Of a DNA stretch of 64,000 nucleotides, positions 37,678 to 48,977 are shown piece after piece. How positions within the stretch are numbered: position 1 is the first letter of the stretch; the number at the start of each line of letters is the position of its first letter. The stretch covers positions 102,364,001 to 102,428,000 of the forward strand of contig NC_086108.1 of NCBI RefSeq assembly GCF_963921235.1, given 5' to 3'. A model generated the notes under the pieces. That model made no database searches, had not been told where the DNA came from, and saw nothing but the letters and a program-made list of their open reading frames with translations. This DNA comes from Mobula hypostoma (lineage: Eukaryota). The translations under genes and the position numbers were made by a program.

Positions 37678-40590
37678 AAACATAGAAACATAGAAAATAG
37701 GTGCAGGAGTAGGCCATTCGGCCCTTCGAGCCTGCACCGCCATTCAGTATGATCATGGCTGATCATCCAACTCAGAACCCTGTACCAGCCTTCCCTCCAT
37801 ACCTCCTGATCCCTTTAGCCACAAGGGTCATATCTAACTCCCTCTTAAATATGGCCAATGAACTGGCCTCAACTGTTTCCTGTGGCAGAGAATTCCACAG
37901 ATTCACCACTCTCTGTGTGAAGAAGTTTTTCCTAATCTCAGTCCTAAAAGGCTTCCCCTTTATCCTCAAACTGTGACCCCTCGTTCTGGACTTCCCCAAC
38001 ATCGGGAACAATCTTCCTGCATCTAGCCTGCCCAATCCCTTGAGGATTTTATACATTTCAATAAGATCCCCCCTCAATCTTCTAAATTCCAGCGAGTATA
38101 AGCCTAGTCGATCCAGTCTTTCATCATATGAAATTCCTGCCATCCCAGGAATCAATCTGGTGAACCTTCTGTGTACTCCCTCTATGGCAAGAATGTCTTT
38201 CCTCAGATTAGGGGACCAAAACTGCACGCAATACTCCAGGTGTGGTCTCACCAAGGCCTTGTACAACTGCAGTAGTACCTCCCTGCTCCTGTACTCGAAT
38301 CCTCTTGCTATGAATGCCAGCATACCATTCGCCTTTTTCACCGCCCGCTGTACCTGCATGCCCACTTTCAATGACTGGTGTATAATGACACCCAGGTCTC
38401 GTTGCACCTCCCCTTTTCCTAATCGGCCACCATTCAAATAATAATCTGTTTTCCTGTTTTTGCCACCAAAGTGGATAACCTCACATTTATCCACATTAAA
38501 TTGCATCTGCCATGAATTTGCCCACTCACCTAACCTATCCAAGTCACCCTGCATCCTCTTAGCATCCTCCTCACAGCTAACACTGCCGCCCAGCTTCGTG
38601 TCATCCGCAAACTTGGAGATGCTGCATTTAATTCCCTCATCTAAGTCATTAATATACATTGTAAACAACTGGGGTCCCAGCACTGAGCCTTGCGGTACCC
38701 CACTAGTCACTGCCTGCCATTCTGAAAAGGTCCCGTTTATTCCCACTCTTTGCTTCCTGTCTGCCAACCAATTCTCTACCCACATCAATACCTTACCCCC
38801 AATACCATGTGCTTTAAGTTTGCACACTAATCTCCTGTGAGGGACTTTGTCAAAAGCCTTTTGAAAATCCAAATATACCACATCCACTGGTTCTCCCCTA
38901 TCCACTCTACTAGTTACATCCTCAAAAAATTCTATGAGATTCGTCAGACATGATTTTCCTTTCACAAATCCATGCTGACTTTGTCCGATCATTTCACCAC
39001 TTTCCAAATGTGCTGTTATCACATCTTTGATAACTGACTCTAGTATTTTCCCCACCACCAATGTTAGGCTAACCGGTCTATAATTCCCTGGTTTCTCCCT
39101 CCCTCCTTTTTTAAAAAGTGGGGTTACAGTAGCCACCCTCCAATCCTCAGGAACTAGTCCAGAATCTAAAGAGTTATGAAAGATTATCACTAATGCATCC
39201 ACCATTTCTTGGGCTACTTCCTTAAGCACTCTGGGATGCAGACCATCTGGCCCTGGGGATTTATCTGCCTTTAATCCCTTCAATTTACCTAACACCACTT
39301 CCCTACTAACATGTATTTCCCCCAGTTCCTCCATCTCACTGGACCCTCTGTCCCTTACTATTTCCGGAAGATTATTTATATCCTCCTTAGTGAAGACAGA
39401 ACCAAAGTAGTTATTCAATTGGTCTGCCATGTCTTTGCTCCCCATAATCAATTCACCTGTTTCTGTCTGTAGGGGACCTACATTTGTCTTAACCAATCTT
39501 TTTCTTTTCACATATCTATAAAAGCTTTTATAGTCAGTTTTTATGTTCCCTGCCAGTTTTCTCTCATAATCTTTTTTCCCTTTCCTAATTAAGCCCTTTG
39601 TCCTCCTCTGCTGGACTCTGAATTTCTCCCAGTCCTCAGGTGAGCCACTTTTTCTGGCTAATTTGTATGCTTCTTCTTTGGAATTGATACTATCCCTAAT
39701 TTCCCTTGTCAGCCAGGGGTGCACTACCTTCCTTGATTTATTCTTTTGCCAAACTGGGATGAACAATTGTTGTAGTTCATCCATGCAATCTTTAAATGCT
39801 TGCCATTGCATATCCACCGTCAACCCTTTAAGTGTCATTTGCCAGTCTATCTTAGCTAATTCACGTCTCATACCTTCAAAGTTACCCTTCTTTAAGTTCA
39901 GAACCTTTGTTTCTGAATTAACTACGTCACTCTCCATCTTAATGAAGAATTCCACCATATTATGTTCACTCTTACCCAAGGGGCCTCTCACGACAAGATT
40001 GCTAATTAACCCTTCCTCATTGCTCAATACCCAGTCTAGAATAGCCTGCTCTCTAGTTGGTTCCTCGACATGTTGGTTCAAAAAGCCATCCCGCATACAT
40101 TCCAAGAAATCCTCTTCCTCAGCACCTTTACCAATTTGGTTCACCCAATCTACATGTAGATTGAAGTCACCCATTATAACTGCTGTTCCTTTATTGCACG
40201 CATTTCTAATTTCCTGTTTAATACCATCCCCAACCTCAGTACTACTGTTAGGTGGCCTGTACACAACTCCCACCAGCGTTTTCTGCCCCTTAGTGTTATG
40301 CAGCTCTACCCATATCGATTCCACATCCTCCCGGCTTATGTCCTTCCTTTCTATTGCATTAAACTCCTCTCTAACTGGCAATGCTACCCCACCTCCTTTT
40401 CTTTCATGTCTATCCCTCCTGAATATTGAATATCCCTGAATGTTGAGCTCCCATCCTTGGTCACCCTGGAGCCATGTCTCTGTGATCCCAACTATATCAT
40501 AATCATTAATAACAATCTGTACTTTTAATTCATCCACCTTGTTATGAATGCTCCTTGCATTGACACACAAAGCCTTCAGGCTCACTTTTA
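37678..40590 (-). mobile_element. Young CR1 LINE, 5'-truncated, inserted in the ERV leader
   Basis: (gaaacata)n tail at 37678; ERV leader sequence resumes at 40591 (cag shared at both junctions). Confidence 0.96.
37772..40590 (-). CDS. CR1 ORF2: APE endonuclease plus reverse transcriptase, uninterrupted
   Basis: NARSI, GITETW, MGDFN, ILDWV, SEHN; YLDFQKAFDKVPH, SGVPQGSVLGP, KFADDTK; no stops over about 940 codons. Confidence 0.93.
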
Positions 40591-40795
40591 CAGGACCCTG
40601 AAGTGGGTGCAGAGAGACACGGCACAAGATTAACAGGGAATAGGGGTTATAGGTTATATAGTGGTAAAACCACACTCTGAAGTGTCAGCATCCAGCCTTA
40701 GACTGGTTGTTAAAAGGGGAAATCCCCCACGCGAAGGTCAGGACCCCGAAGTTAATGTGAGATAAGGAGGCGGCTGACCCACCCGACTAGGAAGT

Positions 40796-41762
40796 ATGGG
40801 GAAAACATTAGATAAGCCTGTAAATAACACGCCATTATTTAAACTATGTAGAGTTGACCCCGAAAGAGAAAATGATTACCGAAAGTTATCGGCGTGCCTA
40901 AATCAGAAATTGGGTAGTGAAATTTGGCCTTTGGGTGGGACCTGGGACTTGGATAAATGTCTGAAGGCAGAGGAAGCAATTTGGAAACATAATGCCGGAC
41001 AAAAATGGAAGGTTTTAATGTCCAATTGGAGAAAAACGGCTGAAGAATTAAATAACAGATCTAAGCAAAGTAATTGAGAGCACAATGCACGTCGAAGAGA
41101 GATTAGTGTATGTGACAATGAAGGAAATTTGAAATCATGGGAGACATTAAAAGGAGTGTGTGAGGATTATGATACGAATAAGGGAAAACAGGATAGGGAG
41201 ACGAAAGATAGGCAGGTTAAGGATAGGCGAAAAGGTAAGGACGAAGCCGGCAAAAGTAAAACTGAGGTACCTATTGATCTGTCTGGACTGCCCATGCTGT
41301 TTGATAATGAGACTGAAGAGGAGGAGATCTGGCGCACCTGACCCCGGCCCACGGCGCCGCCACCTCCATATGACGTTACCGCTACCCAACCCCCAGCCAC
41401 CTCAGAATACACCCTCCTCAAGCCCAACAGCCTCCCGAACCAGGGGACAACCTCGGCAAAAGAAAGGTAAAAAGGCGCCAGACTAGGAGGTGATGAAACC
41501 TTTTTGTAGGAGACTGGACCCTGAGACCGATACTATCTATGACTCTGGTACTGATAATGATGATCCTGAAGACCCTGGTCCACCACCTGTCCTAGAGAAG
41601 GTAATAGTGAATCTGATGAGGCCCAGAGGGAGAGGGATCCCAAGGCAATTTCCTAACAGAACCGTTCCCAATCCTAATGCAGGACAGCAGGGCCAAGAGG
41701 CTACTATGCAGGTTCATACCCCTTGGAAGCCCCAAGAAATGTGTATAATCATGAACAAGTAA
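40796..41762 (+). pseudogene. gag: ERV gag (matrix, late domain, start of capsid), multiple stops
   Basis: MG- myristoylation start, WPLGGTWD matrix motif, PTAPPPPY at 41348-41371, VHTPWKPQEM capsid start. Confidence 0.85.
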
Positions 41763-44758
41763 TAATAGACATTTGGGAAGGGGCTCAGATGCCACCCAAT
41801 ACCTTCTCAAGAAGGAGGCAGTTGACGGCATCACCCATCTCATAGAATCCTTCTATAAGTAGGGCATTCTAGTCCCGTGCCAGTCCCCCTGCAATGCTCC
41901 TATCTTACCAGTTCCAAAGCCGGGAAGGCCAGATTGGCGGTTAGTGCAGGATCTCCATAAGATTAATGAAATTGTGCAGCCTATACATCCGGTAGTCCCT
42001 AATCCCTATATGATTTTATGCAGCATTCCACCGGACTCCAAAATTTTTACCATAATAGATCTGCAGCATGCATTTTTTGCAATTCCCCTTGCTCCTGCAT
42101 TGCAGTAACTTTTTGCATTTACCTTTCAAGATCAGCAGTACACTTGGACTTGGTTACCCCAAGGTTTCGTGCACTCTCCCACCATTTTCTCGCAGATTTT
42201 GCATAGACAGTTTAGAGATTTACAATTTCCCAGGGGCTCTATGGTAATCCAGTACGTAGACGACCTCCTACTGACAAGCCTGTCAGAGACCTCAAATGTG
42301 CATGACACCAATACACTTCTGAATGCCCTGCACTTGTGGGGATACGTGATCCCATTCCAAAAAGTAAAGAGAGCCCAAAGGCAAGTTAGATTTCTGGGAC
42401 CCCTTCTGAGTGCAACCGAAAGGCAGCTCACTCCTGAAAGGGAGACCCCAATCCTTGCAACCCCCCGCCCACCAGGCCAAAAGCCATGCGTGCTTTCCCT
42501 GGCCCAGTAAACTTTTGTAGACAGTGGATTCCAAATGTTGCTCTGTATACAAGACATTTGAGCCCTCTGGTTTCCAGTACGCTTAAGGGGCCTCTAGAAC
42601 TAACTGAGCAACAGAAAGAAGCCTTTGAGAAATTGAAAAATCACTCTCTCGGCCGCCCGCTCTATGACTGTCCGTTCCAGCTTTCTGTGAATGTTTTGGA
42701 TGGCTGCACCACTGCAGTGCTCACTCAGACTCATGGGGTTAGACGTAGGCCTGTTGCCTATTATTCCACTAAGTTAGACCCCGTAGTGCAGGGATTACCC
42801 CCCTGCTCGCAGATGCTCCCGGCCATTTATCCCTGGTTATGGCTGCTTCCAACATCACTCTCCAACAGCCAGTTACAGTGTATTTGTCCCACACCATTGT
42901 CGCCCTGCTGACCACCCACCAAACCCAACATCTGACTCAGGCCAGACTTAGCCGCTATGAAATAGCTTTACTTAATAACCCACTCCTCACCTTTGCATTT
43001 TGTGATACCGTCTACCCCGCTACATTTTTAGAGACGGCCCCCATTGAGTTGACAGAACCTCCTCATGACTGTCTGCTGCGGAACCATTTTCTCACCTCAG
43101 CACGCCCCGACCTCACAGATGCAGCTATTCGAGGGGCACAACCTGCCGTGTACATGGATGGCAGTTTCACCGTCTCTGAGACCGGGGAACGCCGTTGTCG
43201 GCGATGATCACACGCTCGAAAGTGGCGCTCTCCAGCCCCCAGTCTCTACCCAAAAAGCAGAACTTTTTGCTCTCACTCACGACTGTTTTTTGGCCAAGGA
43301 CAAAAAGGCCAATGTTTATACAGACTCTCGCTACGCATTTGGAGTGGCCCATGATTTTGGACAACTCTGGGCACAGCGGGGGTTTCTCACCTCCTCCGGG
43401 ACCCCCATCCAGAATTCCATGTATGTAAAGAATCTCCTCCAGGCTATATTCCTCCCTGAAAAATTGGTCATTATTAAATGTTCGGCTCATCTAAAAGACG
43501 AATCTGCAGTGACTAGGGTAAACAGCAGGGCCGACTTGGCAGCAAGCAGGAGGCGACCATTATAGTTTGCACTGCAGAGCGATTGGCCTCCACCACGACC
43601 AATTCACCACGAGCACCGGGCACTCCAGACAGGGCTACAGTTCACACACTCCAGGGGGACGCCCCTGATTCAGAACAACAACTCTGGAAGACACACAGAT
43701 GTACACATTTGGTGTCCACAGGCCTCTGGCATACCGCGGTTGGCCAAGTTTGTATTCCTGATGCTTTGCTACCTATGTTGCTCGATTGCCTGCATACGGA
43801 CACCCATCTTGGCAAGGGGGGAATGAGTAATATTTTGCTCCACACATGGTGGCACCCCAGGCTGGAGGAGGCTGCCACAAGCCTGTTTGATTTGCTAAAA
43901 GACAAACGCGGGAAAAGGAGTAAAATGTGCCCCAAGAAAAAAAACCTTTGTCAGGTGGTCCTTTTGAATGTATTCAGCTTGATTTTATTGAACTACCGCC
44001 TGTACACTGTTATAAGTGTTGTTTAGTGATCGTAGATGTGTTCAGTAGATGGATTGAAGTCTTTCCGACCACCAATAATAAAGCTTCCACAGTGGTAAGG
44101 TTGTTATTTAGAGAGATTATACCAAGATTCGGGGTACCCAGACAGATAAGTTCGGACAATAGCCCTCATTTTGTGGGAACTATGCGAGGTGCTGCACATT
44201 GAACAGCAGTTTCATTGTACCTGCCACCCGAAGGCTGCAGGAGTAGTGGAACGGGCCAACGGCACCCCGAAAAATACGCTGTCTAAGAAAGTTAATGTCC
44301 GAAACCGGACTGAGCTGGCTGAAGGTCCTTCCGTTAGCTTTATACCATTGAGAATTACCCCACATTCCACTACAGGGGTATCTGCAGCTGAAATTGTTTA
44401 TGGGCGTCCTGGAAGGACCCCATGGGACGCTGACATGCAGTCTCCCACCCAAATTGGTCTTAGTGTCATGGGGGATGAATTGCAGAAGTACTTTCACCAA
44501 CTAACATCCTCTCTAAAGTTTCTCCACTCCCAGGTAAAGAATACCCTTAAGGATTCCGGAGAGCAAGGAACGGAGTGGCTGGAGTTGAAAATTGGAGATT
44601 CAGTACTGATCGGGGATAGGGAACATCCCAAACTTGGACCCTGGTGGAAGAGTCCATTCCAGATACTACTGCAAATGCCGACGGCAGTTAAAGTACAAGG
44701 CCAGGAACATTGGATACACCTCAGTGACTGTAAAACATGGCTCCCAGGCCGCAATTAA
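41763..44758 (+). pseudogene. pol: ERV pol (RT, RNase H, integrase), frameshifted
   Basis: PCQSPCNAPILPVPKP..WRLVQDL, LPQGF..SP, QYVDDLLL, PVAYYS, QKAEL, YTDSRYAFG, QLDFIEL, IPRFGVP..SSDN, WIH..CK. Confidence 0.95.
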
Positions 44759-45027
44759 CCATTCGTGGACTTATTTCTTCGTTGTGTGTTGCAGACGATT
44801 CTTTAGAGGACAACTTGCTTTATTGAGCACACCAACGGCTGCATGGAAACCGTACTGCATGTTATCGTTTGGTACAGTCTGTAGAAGCCCTGTCTGTAGC
44901 TAACCCATCAGGGCTATTCTGGATAGAACATGACCTAATAGTGGAGGACAGATCAGGGACAGAATGTAAAGGGATAGAGGGAAAGTTTCAAGGAGGGACT
45001 AGGGGAAAATGTATTGAGGGAATAGGT

Positions 45028-45883
45028 CAACACGAGGAAATCTGCAAATGCTGGAATTTCAAGCAACACACATAGAAGTTGCTGGTGAACGCAACAGGCC
45101 AGGCAGCATCTCTAGGAAGAGGTACAGTTGACGTTTCGGGCCGAGACCCTTTGTCAGGCCTAACTGAAAGAAGAGCTAGTAAGAGATTTGAAAGTTGGAG
45201 GGGGACGGGGAGATCTAAAATGATAGGAGAAGACAGGAGGGGGAGGGATGGAGCCAAGAGCTGGACAGGTGATTGGCAAAAGGGATATGAGAGGATCATG
45301 GGACAGGAGGCCCAGGGAGAAAGAAAAGGGAGAGGGGGGAAAAAAACCCAGAGGATGGGCAAGGGGTATAGTCAGAGGGACAGAGGGAGAAAAAGGAGAG
45401 AGAGAAAAAGAATATGTGTGTATATAAATAAATAAATAATGGATGGGGTATGAGGGGGAGGTGGGGCATTAGCAGAAGATTGAAAAATCAATGTTCATGC
45501 CATCAGGTTGGAGGCTACCCAGACGGAATATAAGGTGTTGTTCCTCCAACCTGAGTGTGGCTTCATCTTTACAGTGGAGGAGGCTGTGGATAGACATGTC
45601 AGAATGGGAATGGGACGTGGAATTAAAATGTGTGGCCACTGGGAGATCCTGCTTTCTCTGGCGGACAGAGTGTAGGTAACTGCCCAGCTCTTGGCTCCAT
45701 CCCTTCTCCCTCCTGTCTTCTCCTATCATTATGGATCTTCCCCCCTCCCCACTTTCAAACCTCTTACTAGCTCTTCTTTCAGTTAGTTCTGACGAAGGGT
45801 CTCGGCCTGAAACGTCGACTGTACCTCTTCCTAGAGATGCTGCCTGGCCTGCTGCGTTCACCAACAACTTTTATGTATGTTGC
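45028..45883. mobile_element. Penelope insertion with inverted pLTR arrangement
   Basis: Minus copy 45028-about 45677 plus partial plus copy to 45883; direct repeat ttgagggaataggt at 45014-45027 and 45884-45897. Confidence 0.92.
45784..45821 (+). ncRNA. Minimal hammerhead ribozyme motif with intact core
   Basis: agtt-CTGACGA-agggtctcggcct-GAAA-C-GTC-gact; predicted cleavage after 45816. Confidence 0.75.
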
Positions 45884-47029
45884 TTGAGGGAATAGGTGAT
45901 AACTATGCCGCGAACCCTGAGTGTTTGGGGATCTGTGAATGGCATGCAGTGGGGGACGGGGAAGAGTGGGTACCTAGTACACGCTACCAAAGCACCAGGG
46001 GTTATCCCTTCTGTTTCACGGGAAAGGGATGGGGATGCGTTTTCGCCAGGATACCGGGAAATACCTTGCCTGAAGAGACATTGTTTAGACCACTGATGTA
46101 AGATAGACAAGGGAATATTCTCTTGCAAATGTGTCCAAGAACAATGCGTGCCCCTCTCTAATGGAATTCCGTATGTATGTGGATATTGTAATGGGACTCA
46201 TGTGTCAGCTGGTTCAGGGACTTTTGAATACTCCTCCCTGTATCCTGAGGAGTACTTATGGTATGATAAAATAGTAACTCGTAAGAATTCTTGCTACCGG
46301 GCTAAGACCAGATACGTATTCTTGTTTAATGGTACCTTATACTACGGCCACCACCCCTCTACCTACCCTCTTTGCAGTAGGAACAATTGGACCACTCTCT
46401 GTTCCCTGCCCTCAGAATGCCCACGTTCGACGATGACTGACAGCTCAAGCCGTGAGTCAGGAATTCTGTGCTGACTGGAGGAATCCTGTTACTCTGGGCT
46501 ATGGGTTTCTGAGCACTCTGTCTCCAGGGGGTTCGGCAGGAACCATAGCTGCAAAGAACCGCAACTACCTCGTTTGTGGGCTGGCGGCATTGGGAAGCAG
46601 TACGGTGGAAGTTCTGGAGGCTGTTAACAGAGAATTGGTGGAGTTACAACTCTACACACAACAAACCAGGTATGCTGTGGACTATCAGTTGGCCCAGCGG
46701 GGTTGGGGGGGGGGCGCAGGGATATGCGCCATAGTCGGAGACAAATGCATCACTCATGCTACTAATGAATCATACAATGTAACCCTCACCATCCAGTCTA
46801 TTAAGAAACAATTGGATGACTTAAGGCAGGGCTCTGAAAAAAGGGGATGGCTGGTTTGGGTGGTTGCTGGGAGGATCTTGGGGGTCTTATTTACCGCATG
46901 GGCTGATAGTTCTCATTGTTATAATCATTGTGTGATAATGACTTGCCTAAACGCTGGCTGTAGAATTTTCACGGAAAAGACTAATGATGCCCTTCTCGAC
47001 CCCCATTTAATTAGTTAGCATAATATGAT

Positions 47030-47041
47030 AAAAGGGGGGAA
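47030..47041 (+). promoter_or_regulatory. Polypurine tract
   Basis: aaaaggggggaa immediately before the TG start of the 3' LTR. Confidence 0.9.
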
Positions 47042-47637
47042 TGATAAATTAGAGAACAATGATTAGAGAACAAATACTAAGAACAATGATTAGCTAATGA
47101 TCCATCACCTTATGAGCACCTTAGCTTACTGTTGTTGGGCAAGTCAGAACGAAACCCTACCTGGCAACAGGTGACGTATTTAGACATTGTCCTCTATCTG
47201 GCCATACTGGAGGGACATCTCAAGGTAAAACTAAATATGAGAAGGATAGCGTAGGGGACAGAATGTTCGAGAGAAAGGGTAAGGTGTCAATATAAGAGAC
47301 TGATGTTGTATCCAGGCTAGCTTTGGCAGAAAACAATTATAACTAACCAAAGATAATTTTACATCTAATGGTATATTAACCTGTGATCGAAACTATTCTA
47401 AAACTGTCTTATCTCGCGTAATTGTAAGATTTTCTGTGGACGTAATGATCAATATTATAAATTATGAAGAATTATGATTATGGAAGAAGGGTAACGTCCG
47501 GACTGGCTGTTTGAGAGATCAGTCTGTAACTTCCCCCATAGCATGCTATGAATAAAGAGTAAAGTTTGAGAAAGTATTGTTTGTGTTATTGAGTTTGTGG
47601 TATCTGCACTCTTGCATCGGGTCGATCCGCCATGACA
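47042..47637 (+). repeat. ERV 3' LTR (TATAAA 47456, AATAAA 47551)
   Basis: TG...CA termini, homologous to the 5' LTR. Confidence 0.94.
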
Positions 47638-48977
47638 GGAAGAGTTTAAACTAGAATTGCTGGGGGGTAGGAACCGAACTGAAGTGACGTAGGAAAGGGA
47701 GGTTGGCTCACAAATAGAGAAGGCTTGTAGACAGTGTGAGAGGGAGGATAGGCAGGTGATAGAGAAGGGACGTGCTCAGACCAATGGTTTGAGATGGGTC
47801 TATTTTAATGTGAGGAGTATTATGAGCAAAGCGAATGAGCTTAGAGCGTAGATCAGCCCTTGGAGCTATGATGTTGTGGCCATTACAGAGACTTGGATGG
47901 TGCAGGGGTAGGAATGGCTACTTCAAGTGCCAGGCTTTAGATGTTTCTGCATGTCTTATTCTTCATGGAGGTTGGTGACTAGTGGTGTGCCTCAGGGATC
48001 TGTTCTGGGACCCCTACTCTTTGTGATTTTTATCAATGACCTGGATGAGGAAGTGGAGGGATGGGTTAGTAAATTTGCTAATGACACAAAGGTTGGGGGT
48101 GGTGTGGATAGTGTGGAGGGCTGTCAGAGGTCACAGTGGGGCATTGATAGGATGCAAAACTGGGCTGAGAAGTGGCAGATGGAGTTCAACCCAGATAAGT
48201 GTGAGGTGGTTCATTTTGGTAGGTCAAATATGATGGCAGAATGTACCATTAATGGTAAGACTCTTGGCAGTGTGGAGGATCAGAGGGATCTTGGGGTCCG
48301 AGTCTATAGGACACTCAAAGCTGCTACGCAGGTTGACTCTGTGGTTAAGAGGGCATACAGTGCATTGGCCTTCATCAACTGTGGGATTGAGTTTAAGAGC
48401 CGAGAGGTAATGTTGCAACTATATAGGACCCTCGTCAGACCCCACTTGGAGTACTGTGCTCAATTCTGGTCGCCTCACTACAGGAAGGACGTGGAAACCA
48501 TAGAAAGGGTGCAGAGGATATTTACAAGGATGTTGCCTGGATTAGGGAGCATGCCTTATGAAAACAGGTTGAGTGAACTCAACCTTTTCTCCGAGCGACG
48601 GAGGATGAGAGGTGACCTGGTAGAGGTGTACAAGATAATGAGGGACATTGATCATGTGGATAGTCAGAGGCTTTTTTCCAGGGCTGAAATGGCTAGCATG
48701 CGAGGGCATAGTTTTAAGGCATTTGGAGGTAGGTACTGAGGAGATGTCAAGGTAAGTTTTTTACATAGAGAGTGGTGAGTGCGTGGAATGGGCTGCCGGC
48801 AATAGTGGTGGAGGCGGAATCAATAGGGTATTTTAAGAGACTCCTGGATAGGTACATGGAGCTTAGAAAAATAGAGGGCTATGGGTAAGCCTAGGTAGTT
48901 CTAAGGTAAGGACATGTTCAGCACAGCTTTGTGGGCCAAAGGGCTTCTATTGTGCTGTAGGTTTTCTATGTTTCTAT
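47638..48977 (+). mobile_element. Remainder of the host CR1 (ORF1 end, internally deleted ORF2, tail)
   Basis: ITETW region, jump at about 47945 to SGVPQGSVLGP, (ttctatgt)n tail. Confidence 0.9.

Larger units (their letters stand above)
44843..47018 (+). pseudogene. env: ERV env (SU-TM), frameshifted, interrupted by Penelope 45028-45883
   Basis: Acceptor ttgcag at 44794, signal-like start, Cys-rich SU, basic cleavage site at about 46422-46436, heptad plus ISD QTRYAVDYQLAQRG, CX6C, Trp-rich MPER and hydrophobic anchor. Confidence 0.88.
36468..47637 (+). mobile_element. Defective class I (epsilon/gamma-like) endogenous retrovirus: LTR-gag-(deletion)-pol-env-LTR
   Basis: Two homologous LTRs, PBS, PPT, YVDD RT, RNase H, integrase with GPY/F-like end, Env TM with ISD; candidate GGAA TSD. 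Confidence 0.96.

Noticed and set aside
37388..37693. Possible accessory ORF in the ERV leader (like WDSV orfC)
   Set aside because: GTG start, no recognisable motifs, and it runs into the CR1 tail; cannot be supported without a family consensus.
38040..40439. Long plus-strand ORFs (133, 126, 258 aa)
   Set aside because: Antisense shadows of CR1 ORF2.
44843..47018. Syncytin-like co-opted env or endogenous filovirus gene
   Set aside because: Frameshifts, stops and a Penelope insertion; it sits in the normal env position of a provirus.
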